Made by a program: the position numbers and the translations under genes. 64,000 nt of DNA, taken from a virus. Positions 46,716 through 55,156 of the stretch are shown here, piece by piece (within the stretch, counting starts at the first letter, position 1; each line of letters opens with the position of its first letter). The notes below the pieces were generated by a model. That model was not told the DNA's origin. It did not search any database and saw nothing but the letters and a program-made list of their open reading frames with translations. The DNA is taken from IMG/VR virus record IMGVR_UViG_3300044632_001278, one strand, 5' to 3'.

Positions 46716-48788
46716 ATGAGTAACTACAGTGACTTCTGGTTGAAGGATAACAATTACGAGTGGGATTGGGAAGATGAACTTGATGCGGCTATTGAAGAAG
46801 AAAATGGTTTGGATGCAGATATTGCTGCTGAAGACCGTCTTTCTGAGAATACGGCCCGACTGATTCGTTTGTCATCAGCTCGTCGTGCTGTCGCTAACTA
46901 TGTTAGTATTCTGACCAATCAGAATGTACCTGTATTGTTTAATGATAATTCGGTAAATTGCACTGATGGTAAGGTTGTTTATATCAGTAGCGATATTACT
47001 AAGAAAGATAATTTTGATGTGGCTGTCGGACTAGCCTTACACGAAGGCAGCCACATCAAATATTCTGATTTTGAATTGTTTAAGACTGTATGGATGAATG
47101 TGCCACGGGAGATCTATGGCTACAGTGAAAAGTTAAACATTTCAAAAGATGAAGTGGGTAAGATTTGTCAGACCATTCTAAATTATGTAGAAGATCGTTA
47201 TATTGATTATACGGTACATTCTAATGCTCCTGGCTATCGTGGATATTACGATGCTTTGTACGATGAGTACTTTAATAACAAAGTAATTTCAGATGCTTTG
47301 ACCAGCGATTTATATCGTACACTAAGCATTGAGTCATATATATTTCGTATTATCAATCTTACAAATCCAAATACTTCTTTGAAGGCATTGCCTGGATTGT
47401 ACGATATTGCTAGGGAACTTGATCTATCAAATATCAAGCGTTTGACCACTCCAAAAGATCGGTTGACTGTTGCTTATAATATTGCTGAAATTGTGTTCAA
47501 GAATATCAATGAACATAAAAATGAAGATAAATCGTCTGAAAAAGGTGAGGGATTGTCAGCTGATTCTGATAGCGGTGCGCCATCGAACAGTTCAGATTCA
47601 TCTAAATCAAACGTTGATGTTGCAGATATTCTTGGAGGCACCGAATCAACTGTAACACCTGATAATAAAGATGTTACTGCTGATATTGGTAAAGATGACA
47701 ATCTCAGCAAGTCTAAGAAGACAAAGATTGCTAAGTCTTTTGAAAAGCAGAAGGATTTTCTTGCCGGTAAACTTAAGAAGAAGAAAGTGACCAAGCGTGA
47801 AAAAGATTTGCTTGATATTCTTGAAAAGAGTCAGATTGATCTTGTGCCTGTAGCTCAAGAAGAGCTTAAGTCAAAAGGTATTATTGGAAATGTTGAGTGT
47901 ATCTTTGTTAAGAATATGACCAAAGAGTTGCTTTTGTCTGAGGAATTTCCAATGACAATTGGTAAAAACAATCAGGTTGCTTATTCTGATTATCAGAAGA
48001 ATGTTGATGCTGGAATTGTATTGGGTACTAAACTAGGTCGCCGTCTACAAATTCGTAATGAAATTAATGTTGATAAGTTTACCCGTCGTAATTTGGGTAA
48101 GATTGATAAACGTTTGATGCACGAACTTGGATTTGATACTGATACCAATATCTTTTATAATACTTTTACTACGAAGTATAAGAAGGTTAACTTCCATATT
48201 AGTGTGGATGCTAGCGCAAGTATGCGGGGTAAAAAGTGGAATCGTACAATTAAATTGTGTGTTGCTCTAGCAAAAGCTACATCTATGATTGATAACGTTG
48301 AACTTACCATTAGTTTTAGAACATCAAGTGGTCACAATCCATATATTGCAATTGCTTATGACTCACGTGTGGATAAGTTCTCTAAGATTAAGAATCTATT
48401 TGCTTATCTAGCACCAGTACATACAACTCCTGAAGGATTGTGTTTTGAGGCACTAATGCGTTATTTGCCTAAAGCTAGTACCAACACAAATAGTTATTTT
48501 GTTAATATTAGTGACGGTGAACCAGCGTTTATTTATAGTGCTCCAGGAGGTTTTTATTTTCATTATTCCGGTGCGGAAGGTTGTAATCATACACGTAAAC
48601 AAGTAAATAAAATTCGTGAAAGTGGTTATAATGTTATTTCATACTTCGTATCTGAATATGATTGTGATACGTATCGTAATAATTTTAAAATTATGTATGG
48701 CAAAGACGCTAATTTCATTAATGTAGAAAATCTAAATCAGATTGTTAATACCATTAATTCAAAGATGATGGATGCTATTGACATATAA
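46716..48788 (+). CDS. HExxH metallopeptidase-like plus VWA domain protein (MoxR partner)
   Basis: LALHEGSH and NYVEDRYID, a Ser/Asp-rich linker, MIDAS DASASM, TPEG and ISDGEP. Confidence 0.8.
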   Translation: MSNYSDFWLKDNNYEWDWEDELDAAIEEENGLDADIAAEDRLSENTARLIRLSSARRAVANYVSILTNQNVPVLFNDNSVNCTDGKVVYISSDITKKDNFDVAVGLALHEGSHIKYSDFELFKTVWMNVPREIYGYSEKLNISKDEVGKICQTILNYVEDRYIDYTVHSNAPGYRGYYDALYDEYFNNKVISDALTSDLYRTLSIESYIFRIINLTNPNTSLKALPGLYDIARELDLSNIKRLTTPKDRLTVAYNIAEIVFKNINEHKNEDKSSEKGEGLSADSDSGAPSNSSDSSKSNVDVADILGGTESTVTPDNKDVTADIGKDDNLSKSKKTKIAKSFEKQKDFLAGKLKKKKVTKREKDLLDILEKSQIDLVPVAQEELKSKGIIGNVECIFVKNMTKELLLSEEFPMTIGKNNQVAYSDYQKNVDAGIVLGTKLGRRLQIRNEINVDKFTRRNLGKIDKRLMHELGFDTDTNIFYNTFTTKYKKVNFHISVDASASMRGKKWNRTIKLCVALAKATSMIDNVELTISFRTSSGHNPYIAIAYDSRVDKFSKIKNLFAYLAPVHTTPEGLCFEALMRYLPKASTNTNSYFVNISDGEPAFIYSAPGGFYFHYSGAEGCNHTRKQVNKIRESGYNVISYFVSEYDCDTYRNNFKIMYGKDANFINVENLNQIVNTINSKMMDAIDI

Positions 48789-48805
48789 TATAAACGTGTT
48801 ATAAT
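48778..48805 (+). promoter_or_regulatory. Sigma70-like early promoter
   Basis: TTGACA-N16-TATAAT, with TGT before the -10. Confidence 0.75.
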
Positions 48806-48852
48806 ATAAGAACGTAGGAATTTATCACATAACAAACAAGAAAGGATAAAAT

Positions 48853-49218
48853 ATGAAAAAGACAGATCGAAAGAATAAGACAAACCAATCGGTAACCTAT
48901 CCAAGTTGTATTTTTACAATCAAGGAATTAAACGCAATGAATGCAGATATCGTCGCAATTAGTTTGCGTGATAAGGTAAAGAAGGCGATTAAGAGAGGTG
49001 AAGTAAGTGTAATTGGTGTATTACCAAACGGAAAGGGTCGTCCAACGTTGGTTCACGTATTTGGATCTATTACCCCATCTATTATTGAAGATGCTAAATC
49101 TAAGGGTGTACATTTGAATCGTGAACTGCTTGTAGAGATGGTGAATATTAATTCTACCAAGGAATCAGTTGTTGTAGTTGAAGTTGATACAACAAAGACA
49201 AATTCAGTAAACGTATAA
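48853..49218 (+). CDS. Hypothetical protein, possible winged-helix DNA-binding protein
   Basis: Basic, with FTIKEL...GKGRP pattern. AAGGA RBS. Confidence 0.45.
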   Translation: MKKTDRKNKTNQSVTYPSCIFTIKELNAMNADIVAISLRDKVKKAIKRGEVSVIGVLPNGKGRPTLVHVFGSITPSIIEDAKSKGVHLNRELLVEMVNINSTKESVVVVEVDTTKTNSVNV

Positions 49219-49242
49219 TAAAACTATATAATTAGTGATAAT

Positions 49243-49277
49243 ATGCCGTATATCAGTGATTAGATATACGGCATTTC
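49243..49277 (+). terminator. Terminator-like hairpin
   Basis: ATGCCGTATATC / GATATACGGCAT 12-bp perfect stem followed by a T-rich tract. Confidence 0.65.
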
Positions 49278-49292
49278 TATTTATAGGTTGAT

Positions 49293-49517
49293 ATGAAACG
49301 AGATAAAATACTAATTTATTTAGATAAAAAAGGAAAAAACTTTTTGGTATACGAAGAAAAAGATTTACTAGATAATAAAAAGCCTGTAGAATATGTTGAT
49401 AACGGCACCAATTTGTATTTGGATACGTTAAAAGAAAAGTGGGAAATAAAAGAGGTTAATTCATCTAAAAACGAATTGACTTTGAAATTTAAATTGATTG
49501 TACGGAAAACCGAATAA
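49293..49517 (+). CDS. Small hypothetical protein
   Basis: 74-aa ORF preceded by TATTTATA. Confidence 0.5.
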   Translation: MKRDKILIYLDKKGKNFLVYEEKDLLDNKKPVEYVDNGTNLYLDTLKEKWEIKEVNSSKNELTLKFKLIVRKTE

Positions 49518-49518
49518 T

Positions 49519-50703
49519 ATGGATGCATTACAAGAATTTTTTGGAATAGAAGCTTTTGACTTTGAGGGAAATAAAAAGAAACTCATAGACAATCTTAATT
49601 TCTTAAAATCTATGTCTGTGGAAGAACAGACCTTTTACAAAAAATGGTTAGAGATACAAACATGCGAAAACTTGGCGAATAAGGCTAATATTATTAAAGC
49701 TAAGATTTGGACTCCAACTGATATTAACGATGTGTCTTTGACTATTAAAGATATAGAAAATATCAATCCCACCTTAGTTTATGTTGAAACAGATCAACAA
49801 AATGAAGATTGGACTATTCTTCGTATTTTTGGTCATACTATGACATTTGATCAAACTCCAGGTAGATTTATAAAATTTCTTGTAACCGATGGAAATGTTG
49901 ACAATCCAAAATATATTGGATGTATTAGTGTTTCTAGTGATGTAATTGCTATTACTGATCGTGACAATTATTTGGGGTGGACATCTGATAATAAGATCAA
50001 AGATAAAAGATTAGCTCATAGTGCTATTGGTAGTTGTATTATGAGTACCCAACCAATTGGTTATAATTTTCTAGGGGGTAAATTAGTAGCTGCTATGATT
50101 ACTACTAGTACTGTTAGAAATATTTGGCAAAAGTTATATAATCAAACACTAGTGGGTATGACAACTACCAGTTTATATGGTAGTTACAGTATGTATAACA
50201 GTTTAAAATGGTGGCATAAATGTGGTAGTAGTGCTGGGAAAATTTCAATTAAACCAGATGATAATATTTATGAAATTTGGCACGATTGGTTAAAAGACAT
50301 TGATGTTACGGCTTATGACAAGGCACTTACTCAGAAAGAAGGAGTAAGTGGACCTGTTACTGGTGCTAAGTCTCGTATTTTGAGCATGATATTTAGCAAA
50401 TGCTGTATCAAACAAAGCAATTATCAACACGGATATGAACGTGGGGTATACTATAGTTGTTTTTATGAAAATACCAAGGACTTTCTACAAAACAAGATCA
50501 ACGACGATCAATTGGTGATGAAAGATCTGTTTAAACGTGATATGCAAGGGGTAATTGATTGGTGGAGACCCAAGGCTATAGAACGATATAAAAAGCTAAA
50601 TAGTGAATCAAATTTAAAGAGTACGATACATTTTTATAACCAAATGTTGGGAATGTCTTATCAAGAGGCTAAAGATACCTATTTCAAAGAAGTTGGTAGA
50701 TAG
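49519..50703 (+). CDS. DUF4338 / Druantia DruA-like protein
   Basis: PGRFIKFLV, RDNYLGW, QPIGYNFLGGKLVA and TTTSLYG...YN motifs. Confidence 0.6.
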   Translation: MDALQEFFGIEAFDFEGNKKKLIDNLNFLKSMSVEEQTFYKKWLEIQTCENLANKANIIKAKIWTPTDINDVSLTIKDIENINPTLVYVETDQQNEDWTILRIFGHTMTFDQTPGRFIKFLVTDGNVDNPKYIGCISVSSDVIAITDRDNYLGWTSDNKIKDKRLAHSAIGSCIMSTQPIGYNFLGGKLVAAMITTSTVRNIWQKLYNQTLVGMTTTSLYGSYSMYNSLKWWHKCGSSAGKISIKPDDNIYEIWHDWLKDIDVTAYDKALTQKEGVSGPVTGAKSRILSMIFSKCCIKQSNYQHGYERGVYYSCFYENTKDFLQNKINDDQLVMKDLFKRDMQGVIDWWRPKAIERYKKLNSESNLKSTIHFYNQMLGMSYQEAKDTYFKEVGR

Positions 50704-50761
50704 AATTATTATATTATAAATTACTTTATACATATACTATTTATATTTATAAAAGTAATTT

Positions 50762-51709
50762 ATGGCGAATACCCCAATCAATGCAATGACCGCTACATTC
50801 GGGTCTGGAGATCAGACTGCGATAAAGATGAATGTAGCGGACGCTGGACCATCAGATAGTACAAGTAAACTAATAGATTTGCAACTTGGGAGTGTTACAA
50901 AATTCAAAGTAACCAAATTGGGACAAGTAATTGCTACGAATTTCACAGGTAGTTTCAGTGGTAGCAATTTTATTAAAGATCAGTCTGCTGCAAGTGGTAC
51001 TAAATATCTGGTTTTTTCAAATGGCAGTGGTCAGAAAATTCTTGGATTAGATACATCGTTGTCATATGATGCTTCTTCAAATACATTATCTACTAACGGC
51101 AGTATAAACGCAGGTGGCGATATTGATAGTACCAATGTTTCGCCTTTGTTGTTGGGTACACCTACAACAATAGATTTTGCTAGTGCTGCTACTACAATAA
51201 AAATTGGTACCGGCGCACCTGGAAGTTATACACATTTTTATTCCAAACAAGTAAGAGGTAATTTCACAGGATCTTTCACAGGCAGTTTTAGTGGCAGCAG
51301 AGCTAACTTTAACAAATTAAGCGGTTCTTCTGCTAGAATTTCTGGTAGAGTTATTGCAACTTCAATAACATCTAGTATTAGTGGCAGTAGAGCTAATTTT
51401 AATAAATTAAGTGGTAGCAATGGCAAAATAACAGGCAAATTTACGGCCAACCAATTTACTGGTAGTATTAGTGGTGGTTATGCTGGTTTTACTCAAGTAA
51501 CAGGTGGTTATGCTGGTTTTGATCAAATAACAGGAAGTAGTGGGCGAATCGATGATAAATTATTGGTAAATGGCACATTACAATTGTTTAATGCTATTAC
51601 TGGTTCAAATTCTATGTTTATTAGTGGTGCTGGAAGTCCAATTGCTGGATATGTGGGAATAATGATAGGCGGTACCAAGTATAAGTTGCCTTTGTATCCG
51701 TGGACTTAA
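50762..51709 (+). CDS. Gly/Ser-rich fibre-like structural protein
   Basis: Repeats FTGSFSGS, SGSRANFNKLSGS (x2) and GGYAGF.Q.TG (x2). C-terminal YKLPLY. TATTTATA upstream. Confidence 0.5.
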   Translation: MANTPINAMTATFGSGDQTAIKMNVADAGPSDSTSKLIDLQLGSVTKFKVTKLGQVIATNFTGSFSGSNFIKDQSAASGTKYLVFSNGSGQKILGLDTSLSYDASSNTLSTNGSINAGGDIDSTNVSPLLLGTPTTIDFASAATTIKIGTGAPGSYTHFYSKQVRGNFTGSFTGSFSGSRANFNKLSGSSARISGRVIATSITSSISGSRANFNKLSGSNGKITGKFTANQFTGSISGGYAGFTQVTGGYAGFDQITGSSGRIDDKLLVNGTLQLFNAITGSNSMFISGAGSPIAGYVGIMIGGTKYKLPLYPWT

Positions 51710-51712
51710 GAC

Positions 51713-51741
51713 TTGACTTATTATAAATGTGATGGTAAGAT
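51713..51741 (+). promoter_or_regulatory. Sigma70-like early promoter with extended -10
   Basis: TTGACT-N17-TAAGAT with TGG. The ATG is 8 nt downstream. Confidence 0.7.
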
Positions 51742-51749
51742 AACATAGA

Positions 51750-52661
51750 ATGAAAAAATCTCTATGTTGTATTTCTCTCAAACTGCAAGAACAAAGTGTT
51801 AGAGCTAACACGATGACCAAAACTAAATTTCTTGCTTTGGAACGAAAAGAAGCTTTATCTACCGTTTCAAAACGTACACTTAACAATGTGGTTGTTACAC
51901 GCAAAACTATTGAATTTTGCGGTATTAGAAATTGGAACTATCGAATTAGTAGTGACTTGTTTCCTTTAGCGACTTTACCCGAAGCAAATTTGTCATTTGA
52001 TATTCTGCCAGATTACAATCTAATTGTGCAAGAATTTAAAATTGCTGCTGATATAATTAAAAAATACAATGTTCGGTGCAGTACACATCCAGATCAGTTT
52101 GTTGTACCAGCGAGTGCTACCAAGTCTGTGGTAGAAAAATCTATTGTGGAATTAAAAAACCACGCTTCAATTATGGATTTGTTTGGTTTGCCACAGTCAT
52201 ACCAATCTCCAATCAATATTCATATGAATTGTTACAAAGGCAATACCAAGGATATTGCTAAACGATTTATTGATGTATACAATGATTTTCCTGCAAATGT
52301 TAAGTCTCGTCTCGTTCTTGAATTAGAAGATAAACCCAATAGTTGGGGATTGATTAAGCTTTATGATCTGATCTATCAAAAAACAGGAATCCCTATTACT
52401 TATGACTCACATCATTTTAGATTGAATAATCCAGAAAATATTTCTCCTGAAAAAGCCATCTTAATGTGTATGGAAACTTGGGGTAAATATAAACCATTAT
52501 TTCATTACAGTAATGGCAGATCTGATCCAACAGATCGAGCACATTCAGATTATGTATATATTTTACATAAAGAACTATTTGAAAATGACGTTGATGTAGA
52601 GTTTGAGTTCAAAGCTAAGGATTATGCTATTGAACGGTTTGAAAAAGAATTCAAAATTTGA
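51750..52661 (+). CDS. uvsE: UV-damage endonuclease
   Basis: YRISSDLFP, STHPDQF, INIH, LELED, YDSHH, HYS, AHSDY and EFKAKD. Confidence 0.88.
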   Translation: MKKSLCCISLKLQEQSVRANTMTKTKFLALERKEALSTVSKRTLNNVVVTRKTIEFCGIRNWNYRISSDLFPLATLPEANLSFDILPDYNLIVQEFKIAADIIKKYNVRCSTHPDQFVVPASATKSVVEKSIVELKNHASIMDLFGLPQSYQSPINIHMNCYKGNTKDIAKRFIDVYNDFPANVKSRLVLELEDKPNSWGLIKLYDLIYQKTGIPITYDSHHFRLNNPENISPEKAILMCMETWGKYKPLFHYSNGRSDPTDRAHSDYVYILHKELFENDVDVEFEFKAKDYAIERFEKEFKI

Positions 52662-52672
52662 TTGAAAAGTTG

Positions 52673-52701
52673 TTGACAGTTTGACGGTTGGGTGGTAAGA
52701 T
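52673..52701 (+). promoter_or_regulatory. Sigma70-like early promoter with extended -10
   Basis: TTGACA-N17-TAAGAT with TGG. Confidence 0.75.
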
Positions 52702-52767
52702 AAATTTAAGTTAGTGATGAAACTAACGAAACAAAAAACAAACAAAAAAAGAAAGTAAAGAAATAAT

Positions 52768-52971
52768 ATGTATACTCGTACAAATGCTCGTAACAAGACT
52801 AACTTCGTAGGCCATAACACCACTGGTGTTGAGATTTATCTCTCCACTCCAGTCGCTAAGGCTAAGAAGGCCTCACGCTTGACTCTACGTGCTGGTAATA
52901 GCCGAGTTGACCTAACCGGTCGTCAGATCAATGCTCTACGTGAAGTATTGAGCACTGCTTATAAGGCTTAA
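52768..52971 (+). CDS. Small basic early protein
   Basis: 67 aa, with its own promoter and a long A-rich leader. Confidence 0.6.
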   Translation: MYTRTNARNKTNFVGHNTTGVEIYLSTPVAKAKKASRLTLRAGNSRVDLTGRQINALREVLSTAYKA

Positions 52972-53013
52972 TTTGAAATAAATGTTAACTCGTACTTGTA
53001 AATAGTTATAAGT

Positions 53014-53265
53014 ATGAGTTATATTTTTAATAGTCAAGTATTGATATGGCTACTACTCATAATAGTAGCCATATTTTCTTTTTTCAATTTCTATCTGTTT
53101 ATTAAATTATTAAGAAAATTTGATGACCACCAAATTCTCACAGTTGATGCATTGGAGTTATTAAATTTAAAAAATAATAAAATATCAAAAGACATTGAAG
53201 TTTTGGCAAAACGTAGTAGAATATTGAATAATGAAAGCAAAGAAAACATCCGAAAACAAAGTTAA
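53014..53265 (+). CDS. Small single-TM membrane protein
   Basis: VLIWLLLIIVAIFSFFNFYLFI followed by a short coiled coil. The start codon lies inside a 16-bp hairpin. Confidence 0.55.
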   Translation: MSYIFNSQVLIWLLLIIVAIFSFFNFYLFIKLLRKFDDHQILTVDALELLNLKNNKISKDIEVLAKRSRILNNESKENIRKQS

Positions 53266-53704
53266 AGTTCGTGGTTTATTTGATCATGTAAATCATATTC
53301 GGGAGGTAAAAAACAAAAACTACTACACTTCTCTTTCTGAAGAGGAGAAGAAGTCTTTCAACAAATATATGTTGATTAGATTCTTAAGTATGGATGCTGA
53401 TATTATAGAAGAAGTATCTTTTATATCCAAACATTTTCAGAACATTCCAGAAGAACAATTTTATCAAGTATTGATTGATTTGGTACCAAAAGGTAGAAAG
53501 TTCTGTAAGTATATCAAGAATAGTACCGAGGGTATTAATAATACAATACTAGATTGCATCTGTGACAAATATAAAATTGGCAAACGTGATGCAATAGACT
53601 ATTATAGTGTTTATACTGCTTCTGACAACAACTTAAAAGAATTATGTGAGTTGATCCAAGGTTTTGGATATAGCGAGAAAGAAGTGGAGAATTTATTTAA
53701 ATAA
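53231..53704 (+). CDS. Clamp loader small subunit (T4 gp62-like)
   Basis: LFDHVNHI...FNKYMLIRFLSM...LVPKGRKFCKYIK. Confidence 0.65.
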   Translation: MKAKKTSENKVKVRGLFDHVNHIREVKNKNYYTSLSEEEKKSFNKYMLIRFLSMDADIIEEVSFISKHFQNIPEEQFYQVLIDLVPKGRKFCKYIKNSTEGINNTILDCICDKYKIGKRDAIDYYSVYTASDNNLKELCELIQGFGYSEKEVENLFK

Positions 53705-53705
53705 T

Positions 53706-54347
53706 ATGAAAATTATAGGTGTATCTGGATTTGCTCGTAGTGGTAAAGATTTATTTACTACTGTTGCTCAAAAACTTTTGATTGAACAAGGTCTCAAAAC
53801 CGAAAAGTATGCATTGGCATATGAGTTGAAGAACGATTTAAAAGATCTTATCAAGTCCAAGGTGGGTATTGATGTATTTACAGAGAACACCAATGAGAAG
53901 AATATTATTAGACCACTATTGGTTGCTTATGGTGATGTTATGAGAAAGGTATCTGAGGGTAGATATTGGACTGGTAAAATTGAAGAAAAGATTAAACAAT
54001 CTACTGCAGATGTGGTTTTTATAACTGATATCAGATACGATGTGTATCCACAAGATGAATGTACTTGGTTGCAACAAAAACAAAGTGGTAAGTTAGTTCA
54101 TATTACCAAATACAAACAAGAACCTGTACCTTCAGGCAGAAGGTTTAGTAAAAACAAAATAGTTAAGATTTATAATTCAGCGCCAAACGATCACGAAATG
54201 ATCAATGATCCAAAAGTAAAAGCAAAAGCAGACTGCGCTTTTGAATGGGAAGATTGTAGTGATAAATTGAATGGATCTATATTGGAGGAGTATCCCTACA
54301 TCAGAGAAAATGTTTTAAATGCGTTGAAGGTTATTAACGCAATTTGA
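53706..54347 (+). CDS. Deoxynucleoside monophosphate kinase (T4 gp1-like)
   Basis: IIGVSGFARSGKD, RPLLVAYG and ITDIRY..E. Confidence 0.8.
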   Translation: MKIIGVSGFARSGKDLFTTVAQKLLIEQGLKTEKYALAYELKNDLKDLIKSKVGIDVFTENTNEKNIIRPLLVAYGDVMRKVSEGRYWTGKIEEKIKQSTADVVFITDIRYDVYPQDECTWLQQKQSGKLVHITKYKQEPVPSGRRFSKNKIVKIYNSAPNDHEMINDPKVKAKADCAFEWEDCSDKLNGSILEEYPYIRENVLNALKVINAI

Positions 54348-54615
54348 GTTTGGTAATCAAATTATGACCACTGTGATAGAATATAATTTCTTCATCAGTG
54401 GTTTTTGTTTTAAAGTAATCAACCAAAGAAGGAGCTACGGCTGTAACTGTATTAATGTAAATTTTATTACATTCATCGTGCTTTAGTGTTTTTCTTTGTT
54501 TTTGACACGAACAGATTTTATCAAATGTTTGTATACAATTTGTTAAAGGCGCAAATGCGCCGATATTATCTTTGGATACCAAATTGTTTAATGCAACAAA
54601 ACTTCCTATAATCAT
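54334..54615 (-). CDS. Hypothetical Cys-containing protein
   Basis: 93-aa ORF, ATGA-coupled to the upstream gene. Confidence 0.5.
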   Translation of the reverse strand: MIIGSFVALNNLVSKDNIGAFAPLTNCIQTFDKICSCQKQRKTLKHDECNKIYINTVTAVAPSLVDYFKTKTTDEEIIFYHSGHNLITKLKLR

Positions 54616-54989
54616 AATAATTTATTTATTATTAAATATAAAAACAAACTGAAAATGTAGTTAATTGGAAACAACATAATTGCATAGTATAACGGATAGT
54701 TTAAAACTAATAGTAATATACCCACGCTAAATAAGCTCGACCAAAAACACAAACAAATCACACAACTTATTAATTTAGTAAAATAACCTGGGTATTCAGC
54801 ATATAAAAAATTGGGATATGTTGACATTGGATCCACGGTTGATTTATACAATTGGTATTCATCTATTTTTAATAGACGTTTAGTGTTTGTTAATTTAGCG
54901 ATTGTGTGTACTATATCGCTGTTTAACCAAATCACCAAAATGAATGATACCCAAAATATAAGCGGTATATTGTAATCAGTTAAGTTCAT
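54612..54989 (-). CDS. Membrane protein, DUF1360-like
   Basis: Three hydrophobic segments and a KLISCVICLCFW motif. Confidence 0.5.
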   Translation of the reverse strand: MNLTDYNIPLIFWVSFILVIWLNSDIVHTIAKLTNTKRLLKIDEYQLYKSTVDPMSTYPNFLYAEYPGYFTKLISCVICLCFWSSLFSVGILLLVLNYPLYYAIMLFPINYIFSLFLYLIINKLL

Positions 54990-55156
54990 TTTTTTATAAG
55001 ATCGTAAATGTAGTTACCTAATATTTGAAAAAACAAGTTGTACGCAATTAATAAACATAAGAAAAATACTATTTCCAAATGATCTAATTTACCATTTTGA
55101 TTTATATCAAAATACTTTAAGAACGTATTTTTCCAAATTTCTATCAATTTTTTCAT
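54986..55156 (-). CDS. 56-aa EF-hand-loop plus TM micro-protein (not in the ORF track)
   Basis: MKKLIEIWKNTFLKYFDINQNGKLDHLEIVFFLCLLIAYNLFFQILGNYIYDLIKK. ATGA overlaps at both ends. Confidence 0.65.
   Translation of the reverse strand: MKKLIEIWKNTFLKYFDINQNGKLDHLEIVFFLCLLIAYNLFFQILGNYIYDLIKK

Noticed and set aside
52708-52733. Hammerhead-like TGATGA...GAAAC
   Set aside because: It lacks the CTGATGA core C and a stem II between the motifs.
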